From NCBI GenBank assembly GCA_918797485.1, contig CAKKNE010000001.1, forward strand, positions 5,270,001-5,334,000: DNA of 64,000 nucleotides. Direction: 5' to 3'. The DNA comes from Pelagomonas calceolata (Eukaryota). Of this stretch, positions 1 through 10,329 are shown piece by piece (the first letter of the stretch is position 1; each line of letters begins with the position of its first letter). The notes under the pieces were generated by a model. It ran no database searches. It saw only the letters and a program-made list of their open reading frames with translations, and was not told the DNA's origin. Made by a program: the position numbers and the translations under genes.

Positions 1-208
1 GGATTGAGTCGCCTGCTGCAAATGACTCGACGAGTTTCTGCGTCGCGCCGGCGGCGACGATCATGCCAGCGTCGCCCACGAACAGGCGCTTGTCGTCGCG
101 CATCATACGCCTTCGCGTTGCTGGCTCGCATCGATGGCGTGGCTGCTGGAAGCCGCAGACGAGCGCAATGGCACAGATAAAGCACCGTTGCAGCCTGAGA
201 GTAAGCAT
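1..208 (-). CDS. 5' part of a probable plastid-targeted protein, truncated by the window edge
   Basis: Hand translation from ATG at 208 is open to the edge: MLTLRLQRCFICAIALVCGFQQPRHRCEPATRRRMMRDDKRLFVGDAGMIVAAG... This looks like a signal peptide ending ..CG|F followed by an Arg-rich transit peptide. Not in the ORF track. Confidence 0.5.
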   Translation of the reverse strand, partial: MLTLRLQRCFICAIALVCGFQQPRHRCEPATRRRMMRDDKRLFVGDAGMIVAAGATQKLVESFAAGDSI

Positions 209-279
209 GGTGACTCTCTGGCTGTTCCGGGCCTATTATAAGGAGCCCTACGGCTAGCTTTCCGCTTTTGGCAGGATTA

Positions 280-303
280 GTTAGCGGTAGTAAGGCACTT
301 AGC
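280..303 (+). promoter_or_regulatory. Degenerate CTAG-element copy
   Basis: GTTAGCGGTAGTAAGGCACTTAGC in a divergent intergenic region. Confidence 0.5.
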
Positions 304-611
304 TTTCGTACAGCGGCCGCGGCCACGATTTGCTAGGGCTGCCCCACGCCCGCAGAAGGCAGACCAATCTCCATTTCTGCGTCGCCGAACCCTCCAGCGG
401 CTCACCGCGGACTCGTCGCGTCTCCCCTCGGGCTTCGAGCGTGGGCAGCCAACTCCCTCGCGGCTCGTCTCGCTCGGCGGCGTTCGAGCTGCGAGGAACA
501 AGCCTACGGCGCGTCGTAGCACCTGACGCCGTCGCAGCGGCGGACCGACAAGGCAGCCCCAGTCTCCAGCGCGCGCCACGCGAGTCGCGAGCCGCGCCCG
601 GAGCCAACAAT

Positions 612-947
612 ATGGCCGCCTGGGGCCAGCGCGCCTCGACGGCGAAGATGAAGGAGTGCATCGGCGAAGTCTTGAATGAGATGTTGAAAGACCATACCTA
701 CAAGCAGGACGAGGCGCCTGAATTAACAAAGCAGATCGCCGACCGAGTGAAGAACCGCCTCAAACTCCTGGAACTGCCGCGCTACAAGTACATGGTCCAG
801 GTCGTCGTCGGCGAGCAGCGGGGCGAGGGCGTCCGGATGGGCTGCCGCACGTTCTGGGATAGAGATACCGACGCGTACGCGTCGGAGACGTTCACCAACG
901 ACTCCATCTTCTGCGTCGCGACGGCTTATGCGGTCTACCTGAACTAA
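612..947 (+). CDS. Tctex-1 family dynein light chain (TCTEX1D2/Tctex2b-like)
   Basis: LPRYKYMVQVVVGEQRGEGVRMGCRTFWDRDTDAYASETFTNDSIFCVATAYAVY is the Tctex-1 signature. First in-frame ATG is at 612. Confidence 0.92.
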   Translation: MAAWGQRASTAKMKECIGEVLNEMLKDHTYKQDEAPELTKQIADRVKNRLKLLELPRYKYMVQVVVGEQRGEGVRMGCRTFWDRDTDAYASETFTNDSIFCVATAYAVYLN

Positions 948-983
948 GTTCTTACTTCTTATCTATTTCTCCTTTCCAGTCCG

Positions 984-2705
984 TCACTCCTCGCGCCCGT
1001 CTCGAGAGCTCGGCGAAGCACTTTTGTTCCACGCAATTGCGCGGTCCCACAGCACGGAAGAGCGCCACTGCTCCGCTTCTAATGCCGCGATGGACTTTGC
1101 TAGAGTACTTGCGTCCATGGCTAGCTCACAAAGGTCCCCAATGCCGCCGTGGTCCGACCGTCGCGTCGTCTTCGGGAGGAGCTCTGTCAACGCATCTTCC
1201 GAGGGCGGGCCGTCGTCGGGGATGGCGAAGCGTTCTCGCAGTGAGTTCCACTTTGACTGCACTTCCGTAAATTCTTTCGCACACGTCTCATAGGTCAGAT
1301 CTGGACCGTCAGATACGCGCGAGCAGCCCTTGCACATCAGATAAGTCAGTAAGGGATAGTGCCAGTCCACGTTTCTCGTCTTGATGTCTTCCGCATCTAG
1401 TAGATCAGGCGGTAATCCGAGCTTGTCGTGGGCCTGGTTCGTCACCCAGGAAGCGAGGTCCTTCGGTCGGGCTAATCTACTTCTCACACCGGAAGCATAC
1501 GATAGCAAGTCCCGATCCTTCAAGCGGTGGCGGTGCAAACGAGGCCCCATGCCCGCGATAGATAGCGGCAAAGTGTCCTCGGTCTCGACACCACATAAAG
1601 CGCGACACTCCAGGCAAGCCTCCATCTCCGCGAAGATAATCCGAGCCAGCTGCCGCCCGTCGACGAAGGCCGCGCGCCAGTCCTCGAAGGGCACGTAGGA
1701 CGGCAAGCAGTCGACGGCGCTCTTCGGCGCGCCACCCAAGCCCGCTCGTTTGGAGGCGGCGTTCGCCCACTGCATTAGTATTTTTTCAGGTAAGTTCTTT
1801 GACGGTTCACTACCAAGGGCCTCTATCTCATTAGGAGAGATGAAGGTCGGCGCGATGTAGCGCGGCGCGCCGGCAGGCTCACCATCTGCAGGATAAGAGC
1901 GACCCTTGAACAAGGCTCGTTCCCCAGACCCAAGCAAAGCGTCCATGTCCAGAGCCTGGACGCCCACCAACGCCAGCAACCCGTTCTCGGCCTTCTCGGC
2001 CCGAGCTCTGAAGGTAGCGTTTTTGGTCTTGATCTTTTGGCGCTCCTCGTCGGTGAGCTCTCGTTCTTTGGAAGCCTTAAGTTGTTTTTCGAGGTCTGCG
2101 ACCTTCGCGACGAGCTCCGTACACCTATCTTCCGCTCCTTGCTGCGCCTCTCTCGCTTCGGACAATTCCTTCTGGCGCGTCTCCTCCTCTAACTCTGCAC
2201 GCCTTTCTGCTCGCTGGATCCGAGCAACTCTACGCCACTCCCTCACTAGAAATCTTCTTCTACGCAACGTATACCTTGCAATGATCTGCTCGATGTGCTT
2301 CCTTTCCGCAGTGGCTTTGATTGTATGATTCTTCCACAGATGTAAGATAAACAACACGATCGTCCGAGAACCACCTGCCCTTTTAGTAGCTCGCGCCCAC
2401 AGCCACGCGGCGCCGCGGCATCGCGCTTCTCGATAATCGAGGAGAGCTTTCTCCGTGATCGCGGAGGCCGTGGCGAGCGACACTTCGGCGCGATGCGTCG
2501 CGTCGGCGAGGTCCACAGGAGGCCTTAACGCTTTGGTTGCCCGCCCTTCGACGGCGTCGGCCCTCGTCAATGTCGTGGGCTTCGTGAACTCGCGCGAGCC
2601 CCTCCGCCGGTCGGCGCCCCACTGCGCCGGTCCTCTATCAGTACCTATGAGGCCGCGCGTGGCCGTGGCCGCCCGTGCGGGCTGTTCGGTGAGCTGGGGC
2701 AGCAT
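984..2705 (-). CDS. Coiled-coil protein with a probable calponin-homology (CH)-like domain
   Basis: 573-aa ORF. An E/K/R coiled coil is followed by PEKILMQWAN...AFVDGRQLARII...LGLPPDLLDAEDI, which resembles CH-domain motifs. Confidence 0.6.
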   Translation of the reverse strand: MLPQLTEQPARAATATRGLIGTDRGPAQWGADRRRGSREFTKPTTLTRADAVEGRATKALRPPVDLADATHRAEVSLATASAITEKALLDYREARCRGAAWLWARATKRAGGSRTIVLFILHLWKNHTIKATAERKHIEQIIARYTLRRRRFLVREWRRVARIQRAERRAELEEETRQKELSEAREAQQGAEDRCTELVAKVADLEKQLKASKERELTDEERQKIKTKNATFRARAEKAENGLLALVGVQALDMDALLGSGERALFKGRSYPADGEPAGAPRYIAPTFISPNEIEALGSEPSKNLPEKILMQWANAASKRAGLGGAPKSAVDCLPSYVPFEDWRAAFVDGRQLARIIFAEMEACLECRALCGVETEDTLPLSIAGMGPRLHRHRLKDRDLLSYASGVRSRLARPKDLASWVTNQAHDKLGLPPDLLDAEDIKTRNVDWHYPLLTYLMCKGCSRVSDGPDLTYETCAKEFTEVQSKWNSLRERFAIPDDGPPSEDALTELLPKTTRRSDHGGIGDLCELAMDASTLAKSIAALEAEQWRSSVLWDRAIAWNKSASPSSRDGREE

Positions 2706-2903
2706 TTTTCCTGCGTTCGCGAGGCGTTTGAGGCAGCCCTTTCAGCGCCCGCCTGCTCGACGGCGTTTGCCCTTTTCAGCGCCTGCCTCTCCCTGGCACA
2801 GCGCTGAGAGGCGCGGAGCAAAGCCACTGGGATCGCGGCCCTGGAGCGTTCAAGGGGTGGCGGCGAGGCCTCGGAATGGTTGCGAGGAGTCCTGAAATCG
2901 CGA

Positions 2904-2925
2904 GCTAGCGGCCTAAGACACTAGC
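2904..2925 (+). promoter_or_regulatory. CTAG-element copy (2-bp deletion)
   Basis: GCTAGCGGCCTAAGACACTAGC between divergent genes. Confidence 0.75.
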
Positions 2926-3139
2926 AAAAGCAGCTCCTTGGGACAAAGCGGGGGCTTAAGCTCTCTAAGTAGAGGCATTAGTGCAACGTGTGCACGGGAG
3001 CAGCCTTGCGTTGAACCATATCAACGCGCCAGCTAAGAATTTTCCTGTGCAAAGGCCTAGCAGCCGAGCTAACCACTGCACCCACTGCCCACTGCCTGCA
3101 CGCCATCGCCGCGCAGCGCTACCAGCCGCAGTATTAAGC

Positions 3140-4465
3140 ATGGCCCCAGCAAGCGGCGACCTCAAAAAGCGCGCCACGAGCGGCCAACTCACCGACGCGG
3201 AAAGAGCGTCGGCCTGGCGCGTCTTCTTAGGAGCATCGACAGACATAAACTACAAGAAACTCAAAGACGACGCCTTACCGGACGCGGCGAGCATCAGTAG
3301 CGATAGCGACCCCCTCTCGGGCTTGCTCGACGATGCAAAGAATAATGATGGCTGGGCGCGGTTCCACGCGAATGTGGAAAACCGCGAGGAGATCCGCACG
3401 GACTTAGAAAGGTTAGTGGTCGACGGGTTTCCGGAGTCCCATTTCAAGGATCCACAGCGCCAGACGCTGATGCTGGACGTGTTGACGGTCTGGGCGGCCC
3501 GTAATTCATTAGGTTATCGCCAGGGCATGCACGAATTGTTAGCTGTTTTATGCGAAGTCTTGGAGCAGGAGAAACGCGAAGGCTTCAACAACTTTGCGCA
3601 GAGCGGAGCTGTTAGTGATGGGCCCTTCCATGAATCGGACGCGTATGTCTTATTTGACGCGCTGATGGCGCACCAAGCATCGTTGTTCGCCACGGACCTC
3701 GGGGCCGATGCTCCGGTGCTGAAATTGTGTAGGAGGTTCCAGACTGAAAGTTCGCAATTACTTTCGTTGGGCAATGGGTTTAACAGTGTCGAGCCGCAGC
3801 TCTATGGACTCAGGTGGTGCCGCCTCTTGTTCAGCCGCGAAATCGCGTGTCCCGCCCTGTTGCAGTTGTGGGACGGGCTCTTCGCGTTATGCCACGCGCA
3901 TCAAAAGGAGCTGAGTGTCGTGACGGAGAAGTGCTGCACCGCTCTAATTTGTGCGGCGGCGCCCAATTTGCGGGGCGGCGCTAAAGAACAGATCGCCCTC
4001 GAAATTTTAATGAGGTACAAGAACCACGTCGCGCCGGCGGTGCCGCGGCTCTTGGATATAAGTGAGCGGCTTGTTGATGGAAGGGGCCTGCCGCCCGTGC
4101 GGACCGCTCCGGCACCGCAGCGTCCCCAGGTGGTCCACACGCACGGCGCCGCGCCGGTCAAGCCGCCGCGCGCCCGCGTTCCCGCCGGCCCGCCGCCCGG
4201 CTCCTCGACGTCGACGACGTTCGTGAAGCCGACGCCCGCGCGGGCCCCACCGCCGGCGCCGCCGCCGCAACCGCAGACGATCGACCGCGCGGCGCTCCTC
4301 TCGTCGCCGAAGGCGCCGTCGCAACCGAGCGTTCTCCCGTCGTCGCGGCTGCTGCGGGCGGTCGCGGTCCTGCGGGGCAGCGCCGTGACGGAGGAGACCC
4401 GACGCCAGGCGGCGCTCGCGCAGATTGAAGACGTCGCCGCGGAGCTGCGGCGGCGGCGCTTGTGA
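3140..4465 (+). CDS. Rab-GAP TBC-domain protein (TBC1D5-like)
   Basis: IRTDLER (IxxDxxR), YRQGMHELLA (YxQG) and EPQLYGLRWCRLLFSRE motifs, plus a Pro-rich tail. ATG at 3140. Confidence 0.88.
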   Translation: MAPASGDLKKRATSGQLTDAERASAWRVFLGASTDINYKKLKDDALPDAASISSDSDPLSGLLDDAKNNDGWARFHANVENREEIRTDLERLVVDGFPESHFKDPQRQTLMLDVLTVWAARNSLGYRQGMHELLAVLCEVLEQEKREGFNNFAQSGAVSDGPFHESDAYVLFDALMAHQASLFATDLGADAPVLKLCRRFQTESSQLLSLGNGFNSVEPQLYGLRWCRLLFSREIACPALLQLWDGLFALCHAHQKELSVVTEKCCTALICAAAPNLRGGAKEQIALEILMRYKNHVAPAVPRLLDISERLVDGRGLPPVRTAPAPQRPQVVHTHGAAPVKPPRARVPAGPPPGSSTSTTFVKPTPARAPPPAPPPQPQTIDRAALLSSPKAPSQPSVLPSSRLLRAVAVLRGSAVTEETRRQAALAQIEDVAAELRRRRL

Positions 4466-4781
4466 GTAATTTCTTTGTGAGTCTACGTCTGATTCGGCCG
4501 CGTCGATGGCGTTCGCGCGCGCCCTGTGAGGCTCGCTTCGCCTCGGAGAGAGAGCAAAGCAACGCGACAAGAGACGGGACGCCCGGGACGCGGACGCTGG
4601 TCGTGTGCTACTGTCCAGTGCTCTCCCGAGGCAGCACTGCGTCGGCCCCTGCGCTCTCGCGCCTCGCCCGGCCTCTGGGGGGCAGCCACAGCGCTAGCGC
4701 CGCGCGGGCCGTGACCCACGCCGCCGCCGCGGCGCCGCGGCGCAGGGTAGCCCCAAACGCCGCCGCCGTCTCATCACAAAG

Positions 4782-6212
4782 ATGGTCTTCGTCCCCTTGG
4801 AAGGGAATTTAACCCCGGAAGAACAGCACGCCAAGATGCTGGAGCGCTTAAATGAAATGGAAAGTGGCCCGAAACAGCAGAAGCCCGGCGAAGGGCGCAA
4901 GACGAACAACGCGAAGGCGTTTTCGAACTCAAGGCATCCGGACAAGATCCACGCGAGGCATCTCCAGCGACGGCATCACTGCGAGCGCGTCATCCAGGCG
5001 CGCAAGGACGCCTTGGACCTCGCCAAGAAAATCGAGGACAAGTACCGGTCACCGATGAACCGCTACGGCTTCTTGCACGAGATGTGTTCGACGCAGGGTA
5101 TTGATGATCCACAAACTGTGAAAGAGTTAGCTCATGTCAACTTACGTTTACATGAGGAGACCAAAGACATAACAGATAGGTATAAAGCGGCCAATTTGGC
5201 CAAGGAAAGGATCAAAAATGCGGGAAAAAGCATCATCAAGAAGGCCCACGCGAAGGGCAACGCATTACTCGGAGTTATGGGCGCTGCCATGAAGAAGAAG
5301 GCTGAAGAAGGTGGGGAGTCGGTCTATGTCGACGATAAACCTACAGAACCGAAGGAGAAGGAGTGGAAGGACATGACAAGTCGAGAAAGGGCCATGAAGT
5401 TCTATAACCGGACACAGATGCTGGCGGGCAAAAATGACGCCTCTCCGGCCGTGAGAAAGATGAAGGAGAACCGCAAGAAGGATACTGAGACTGCGAAGGC
5501 CTCGATGAAGCGCTCGGGCGATGATGTTCGACTCGCTGGCTTGAAGAACAAGAAGCGACCGGACCTCAAGGAACGACAGGTGCTGGAAAGACTGGAAGCG
5601 AAGTACCTGGGTCTTGTGTTTGTCGCCGAGGTGAAGCGGAAGGAGAAGGAAAAGGCCGACAAGCTGCAGAAGATGCAGGAACGCGCGAAGGCGATAGAAG
5701 CTCAAGACAGGGAGAACCGGCTCGAGGCGAAACTCAAACGGCAGAAACGATTGAGAGATATGGCCGCCTATGCTGGGTGGGGGAGACAGCCTCATAGAAT
5801 GGAGGGAAGCAAGGCGCCTCGGTCCGTGTTGGCGTCGAAGGGACTGCAGATTCTCGCGGCACCGGCGATGCGGAAGCGGTCTATTAGACTACCGTCGTTC
5901 AAGCGAACGGCTTTTAAACCAGTCATGGAGCAGGTCGTCGAGGACGTCGAGGCGACGCCGAAGCGGAACGTCAGGGACTTTATGTCGAAAGCGCTCGTCA
6001 AGCGGGACACAACCGTGGTCAGTCCGGAGGAGGACGAGATGTCCGTGGTCACTTTGGATTCTGCTGCGGCTACTATTGGTTCGACAGCGCGCGGCAACCC
6101 GTTCTCGCCATCATCGAGGCGGCCGGCGTTGTCGCCGCTCGAGGCGCGTTCCTTGGAACTGGACGACATGCTCGAGCCTGAGGGCGCCGAGGAGTCGAAA
6201 GCAGAAGGCTAA
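4782..6212 (+). CDS. Hypothetical Lys/Glu-rich coiled-coil protein
   Basis: 476-aa ATG ORF with strong K/E/R bias; no motif recognised. Confidence 0.7.
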   Translation: MVFVPLEGNLTPEEQHAKMLERLNEMESGPKQQKPGEGRKTNNAKAFSNSRHPDKIHARHLQRRHHCERVIQARKDALDLAKKIEDKYRSPMNRYGFLHEMCSTQGIDDPQTVKELAHVNLRLHEETKDITDRYKAANLAKERIKNAGKSIIKKAHAKGNALLGVMGAAMKKKAEEGGESVYVDDKPTEPKEKEWKDMTSRERAMKFYNRTQMLAGKNDASPAVRKMKENRKKDTETAKASMKRSGDDVRLAGLKNKKRPDLKERQVLERLEAKYLGLVFVAEVKRKEKEKADKLQKMQERAKAIEAQDRENRLEAKLKRQKRLRDMAAYAGWGRQPHRMEGSKAPRSVLASKGLQILAAPAMRKRSIRLPSFKRTAFKPVMEQVVEDVEATPKRNVRDFMSKALVKRDTTVVSPEEDEMSVVTLDSAAATIGSTARGNPFSPSSRRPALSPLEARSLELDDMLEPEGAEESKAEG

Positions 6213-6370
6213 GTTTGTTGTGTTTATCCTTATCCGCCCGCCTCGACGCCATCGCCGCGACGGCGTGCCGGTGGAGCTCCGTCGCACAGGATCCCTAGTC
6301 GCCGGAATCGGGCCACCACGCCGTCCACCGCGGTGGATCGAGTCGCCGCCAATCGGATACACATATCACA

Positions 6371-7174
6371 CTAACACCACTGATTACGCAACCGAAGGTA
6401 CCCCGGCGGCCGGAGCTGGTCGGCCTGGCGCATGATCTGCTCGATCAATCCCTTCGCGGCCACGATCTCCCGGAAGCACTCCCGCAGAATGTCCCGATCT
6501 TTCGATTTGACGACGCAGACCATGAACACGACGTGTTCGATCCTCCATAAAAACGTCCGCGTCTCGTTCATGTCGTCGTCAAACGTCATGAGCCGCGCGG
6601 GGCCGTCCCGTCGATACTCGAGCATCAGGTCCGACGCCTGGAACATGTACTTCGACGAGGCTAACAGACTAATATAGTCCGGCTCGCACCGGCCGTCGTG
6701 GTGCAGGTAGGGCATCTGGTAGCCGTCCTCGCCCATGACCGCGGTATGTAATACACATGCTGCCGTGCCCAGATCATGTAGCACGGCCTGCACCGTGTTT
6801 TGCACGACGCCCGCAATCTTTTCGCCAAACCCTTTGAAATCTTTCAAATTTTGGGAGAGCTCTCGGCCGGGCCCGCCGTACTCTTCGACGAACGCCATCA
6901 AGATCTCTCCAGCTAAGAGGCGGCCGAACAAGGCTTTATCCGTTCGGTCATGCACTAAGGCGCACGTCACGCTGTCTTCGCGGCACATGGTCACCGCCAA
7001 GGACGACATCTCGATGTAGGACGGGCGCATCGCCGTCGTCTGAGTGGCGAACTCGGTCATCGCTGTGAGCAGCGAGCCGAGCAAGCGCGGTTGCGCGATC
7101 TTCTCCTTGCTGTACTCCTTCTCGAAGAGCACTAACCCGCTCGGTGCGAGGACGATGAGGTTGCGGATGGGCAT
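6371..7174 (-). CDS. Hypothetical protein with a longin-like N-terminal domain
   Basis: 267-aa ORF. The N-terminus IRNLIVLAPSGLVLFEKEY...LLGSLLTAMTEFA resembles longin/sedlin-type folds. Confidence 0.6.
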   Translation of the reverse strand: MPIRNLIVLAPSGLVLFEKEYSKEKIAQPRLLGSLLTAMTEFATQTTAMRPSYIEMSSLAVTMCREDSVTCALVHDRTDKALFGRLLAGEILMAFVEEYGGPGRELSQNLKDFKGFGEKIAGVVQNTVQAVLHDLGTAACVLHTAVMGEDGYQMPYLHHDGRCEPDYISLLASSKYMFQASDLMLEYRRDGPARLMTFDDDMNETRTFLWRIEHVVFMVCVVKSKDRDILRECFREIVAAKGLIEQIMRQADQLRPPGYLRLRNQWC

Positions 7175-7343
7175 CCTGTAAAACAGGGCCTCTCACTGTG
7201 AGTGCTTTTGGAGCGCTCTGCGTGCCTTAGAAATTCGTGCTACCGCCGCATCCGGTCGGTTTATGATTCATGCGTGTCTGGCAACCGCTGGAATGTTGTA
7301 AGACGGGCTACGCGCGGCGTTTTTGGCAAGTGCTGGTTAGAGA

Positions 7344-7367
7344 GCTAGCGGCCTGTAAGACACTAGC
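7344..7367 (+). promoter_or_regulatory. CTAG-element, consensus copy
   Basis: GCTAGCGGCCTGTAAGACACTAGC between divergent genes. Confidence 0.8.
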
Positions 7368-7701
7368 AAGCAACGAATGTTCTTCAAATTTCCCCCAGAC
7401 GTAGGAAATGGGGTGCTCTTGCAGGCGACGGGTGCGCGTCTGCCCTGGAGGACGCCTCGTTTTGCGGTCCGTTTTGCGGCAGGCAGCCGCAAATTAGATA
7501 GGCGCGACGCGCACCGACGTCCTCCGAACGCTGTGTGACCTGCACAAGTACTGTCGCAGCCGTCTTCATCGAGCGCGGGCGCAGCCAGCGCCACGGATAG
7601 ACGCATAGTGCAGTGCAGCAAAAAAGAGCACAGCCCCACAAAAATCTAAAACTCCGCCGCGCGCGACGCAGCGCTGCCAAAGAAGACATCAAACAAAAAC
7701 G

Positions 7702-8778
7702 ATGGCCGACGACGACCTCCTCGCGCCGCCGTCCCAGATGCCGCCGCCCGCGCCGGTGCTGCCCGTCCCGGTGGCGCCGCCGCTACAACATCAGTGGGGC
7801 GCCGTCGCGCCGCAGCTGGCGCCGTTGGGGGCACCGATTACGACGGACGAAGCCTTGCGACAGCTGGAAGGCGAAGAAGATCGAAGAGCGAGACCTCGAA
7901 AACCGAGTATTGGCGGGAAATGGACGCCCGAAGAAGATCAAAAATTACTCAAGATAGTGGAAGAGCACGGCCCGAAGAAGTGGAAGCGCATTTCCGAACT
8001 CTTAGGTACTGTCAGGACGGACATCCAGTGCTTGCATCGGTGGACCAAAGTGATAAAACCGGGCCTGAACAAGGGCCCCTGGCTCCAGCAGGAAGATGAT
8101 TTAGTACGGGCAGAAGTGCAGCGCATGAAGCGCGAGTCCGCCGAGGGCGTCGTGAAGTGGGCGCAGATCGCCGCGAGCCTCAACGGCGTCGCAGGCAATG
8201 GTAGTACGAGGCTCGGCAAGCAGTGTCGCGAGCGGTGGTTCAACCACTTGGATCCTACCTTGAAGAAGGGCGACTGGGAGGAATCGGAGAACGCTACGCT
8301 GCTGAAACTGCAGAGGCAACTAGGTAATAGGTGGTGCGAAATAGCGAAAGTACTTAAGGGGAGGTCAGAGAACGCCATAAAAAACAGGTGGAACTCGTCG
8401 GCGATGAAGCGCTACGTCGCCGCCGCCGCGGCGGCGTCGGGCCAGCCCATACCACCACCTGCTCCCGCGCGGAAGCGGAAGGCGCCCGCGCCACAACCGG
8501 TTGCGGTGCGGGCGCCGTCGCCGATACCGTCAGCTACTGTGGTGGATGGCGTCGACGGGTTGGTGGCGGTGTTGAGTGATGCGTCCGTCTTCCCGACGGT
8601 GTCTCTACAACTGGTCAAAACGCTCGTCGGGCCCATACATTTAAATGATGAGCAGAAGCGTCGGATTTTACAAGCCTGCGAGCGGCGGCTGAACGAGGAC
8701 GAGGCGCCTACCCGCAGTTCTGTGGTGCGGCAGCTCCGCGAGCTGCTCGCGCCGGCGGCCGCGGTCGCTGCTTCATAG
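7702..8778 (+). CDS. Three-repeat MYB (R1R2R3-type) transcription factor
   Basis: Three MYB repeats: GKWTPEED...[15 protein letters not shown]...[14 protein letters not shown] and KGDWEESE...[22 protein letters not shown]. Confidence 0.93.
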   Translation: MADDDLLAPPSQMPPPAPVLPVPVAPPLQHQWGAVAPQLAPLGAPITTDEALRQLEGEEDRRARPRKPSIGGKWTPEEDQKLLKIVEEHGPKKWKRISELLGTVRTDIQCLHRWTKVIKPGLNKGPWLQQEDDLVRAEVQRMKRESAEGVVKWAQIAASLNGVAGNGSTRLGKQCRERWFNHLDPTLKKGDWEESENATLLKLQRQLGNRWCEIAKVLKGRSENAIKNRWNSSAMKRYVAAAAAASGQPIPPPAPARKRKAPAPQPVAVRAPSPIPSATVVDGVDGLVAVLSDASVFPTVSLQLVKTLVGPIHLNDEQKRRILQACERRLNEDEAPTRSSVVRQLRELLAPAAAVAAS

Positions 8779-9199
8779 CTCTTGTGTAAGTTCCCTTTTT
8801 CTCAATTTTGCGCGTCGATGGCGTCGCCGTTGCCTCGTCGTCGATGCGCCAGGCGACGCGGGGCCTCGAGTTGTTTCACCCCCGGTCGCGGCCTCTCGCG
8901 CCGCGCGCGGTGGCGCTTTCCTAGGAGGCGGCTTGCTGTCTCGTCTTTGCGGAGTCATGGGTCGCACGGAGGACCCGTTGTGTCCGGTTTCGAGGCTTCC
9001 TGTCGTGCGACCCGCACCAGCTGAACTCAGCAAGCATCGCATCACAAAGATTGCTCGGCCGCATACGTCGACACTCGCAGCTCTCGTTACAAACAGACGC
9101 TGCGACAGGTGCACTCATCGGCTAGCGCTACCGTGTGCAAAATCTCGCTACCGCTGTTTTCCTGCAACGTGTTCAAAACGCTCTCCTAGCACAGCAAAG

Positions 9200-10252
9200 A
9201 TGCAGCGACTCATTCTAGCCCTAGCGCTGCAAGCCTGCGCTGCCTACGTCGCGCCGCAGAGCCGCGCACCGCGAGGAACCATTCTGAGGGACAGCCCCTT
9301 CGACGGCATCGGCGATTTGCTGGAACAGGTCGCCGCGCCGCCGGAGGACAGCTCCTTACCGTCCGGCAGTTTTGGTGCCGTCGTCACCGGCGGCGCGGCG
9401 GGCGTGGGCTACGCTTATGCGGACGAATTTTTACGAAGGGGCCACAAGGTCGTGATCTGCGACATCCGGGACCCGGCCGACGCCGTCAGAGCTCTAAAAG
9501 ACAAGTACGGCGCCGACGCGCCCATCTTCGGCGAGGTCTGCGACGTCTCCGACACGGCTTCTGTCAGAAAGCTCGCCGCATCTTCTAAAGAAAAACTGGG
9601 CACGGTCCACTACTGGATCAACAACGCCGCGTTAAATGGTGGCAGGAAACCTTTCCTCGAGGTTTCTGATGAAGCTATTGAAGCTGTGGTCAAGGTCAAC
9701 ATGTTCGGGGTCCTGATCTGCACGAAGGTGGCCATGGAGCTCATGCTGGACCAGAGCGGCGTGACGGGCCACGTTTTTAATACTGTGGGGAGTGGTGTCC
9801 GAGGAGGCGGCACGCCCGGTTATGTGACGTATGGGGCCGCGAAGCGGGGTCTGCCGCAGATGACCGATTCCCTGGTTGCGGAACTCGAGGGCAAGACCCA
9901 GGGCTACAACTGGCCGCCGTCGAGCCCGGGCCAGGTCAAGGTGCACACGCTGTCCCCGGGCATGGTCTTTACCGATCTATTACTGAAGGATAGCACGCCG
10001 GAGCTGCGGAAGTTCCCCTTTGGGGTGCTCGCGGCGACGCCGGAGGAGGTCGCCCAGGACTTGGTGCCCAAGATGCTCGCAACCACGGAGGCAGGCACGT
10101 TCGTCGAGTACCTCACGAAGCCGCGCACGCTGCTCAAGTTCTTCAACCGCTTCGTGCGCCAGCAGAAGAGCGATATTATCGATGATGATGGGAATGTCAT
10201 CCAAAAAAGTGGTGAAAAGTACAACGAGGACGGCGTCCGGGCGCTGTACTAG
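9200..10252 (+). CDS. Plastid-targeted short-chain dehydrogenase, chlorophyll(ide) b reductase NOL/NYC1-like
   Basis: Leader MQRLILALALQACAA|YVAP; TGGAAGVG, WINNAA, YGAAK and VHTLSPGMVFTDLL; the C-terminal PEEVA..LVP..YLT pattern is NOL-like. Confidence 0.8.
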   Translation: MQRLILALALQACAAYVAPQSRAPRGTILRDSPFDGIGDLLEQVAAPPEDSSLPSGSFGAVVTGGAAGVGYAYADEFLRRGHKVVICDIRDPADAVRALKDKYGADAPIFGEVCDVSDTASVRKLAASSKEKLGTVHYWINNAALNGGRKPFLEVSDEAIEAVVKVNMFGVLICTKVAMELMLDQSGVTGHVFNTVGSGVRGGGTPGYVTYGAAKRGLPQMTDSLVAELEGKTQGYNWPPSSPGQVKVHTLSPGMVFTDLLLKDSTPELRKFPFGVLAATPEEVAQDLVPKMLATTEAGTFVEYLTKPRTLLKFFNRFVRQQKSDIIDDDGNVIQKSGEKYNEDGVRALY

Positions 10253-10329
10253 GGGTTGGGTAAGAAGTTCTAAGACACAACGCGGCGACGGCGTCCGGTG
10301 AGTTGATATATCTTAAACATGGAGTACTA

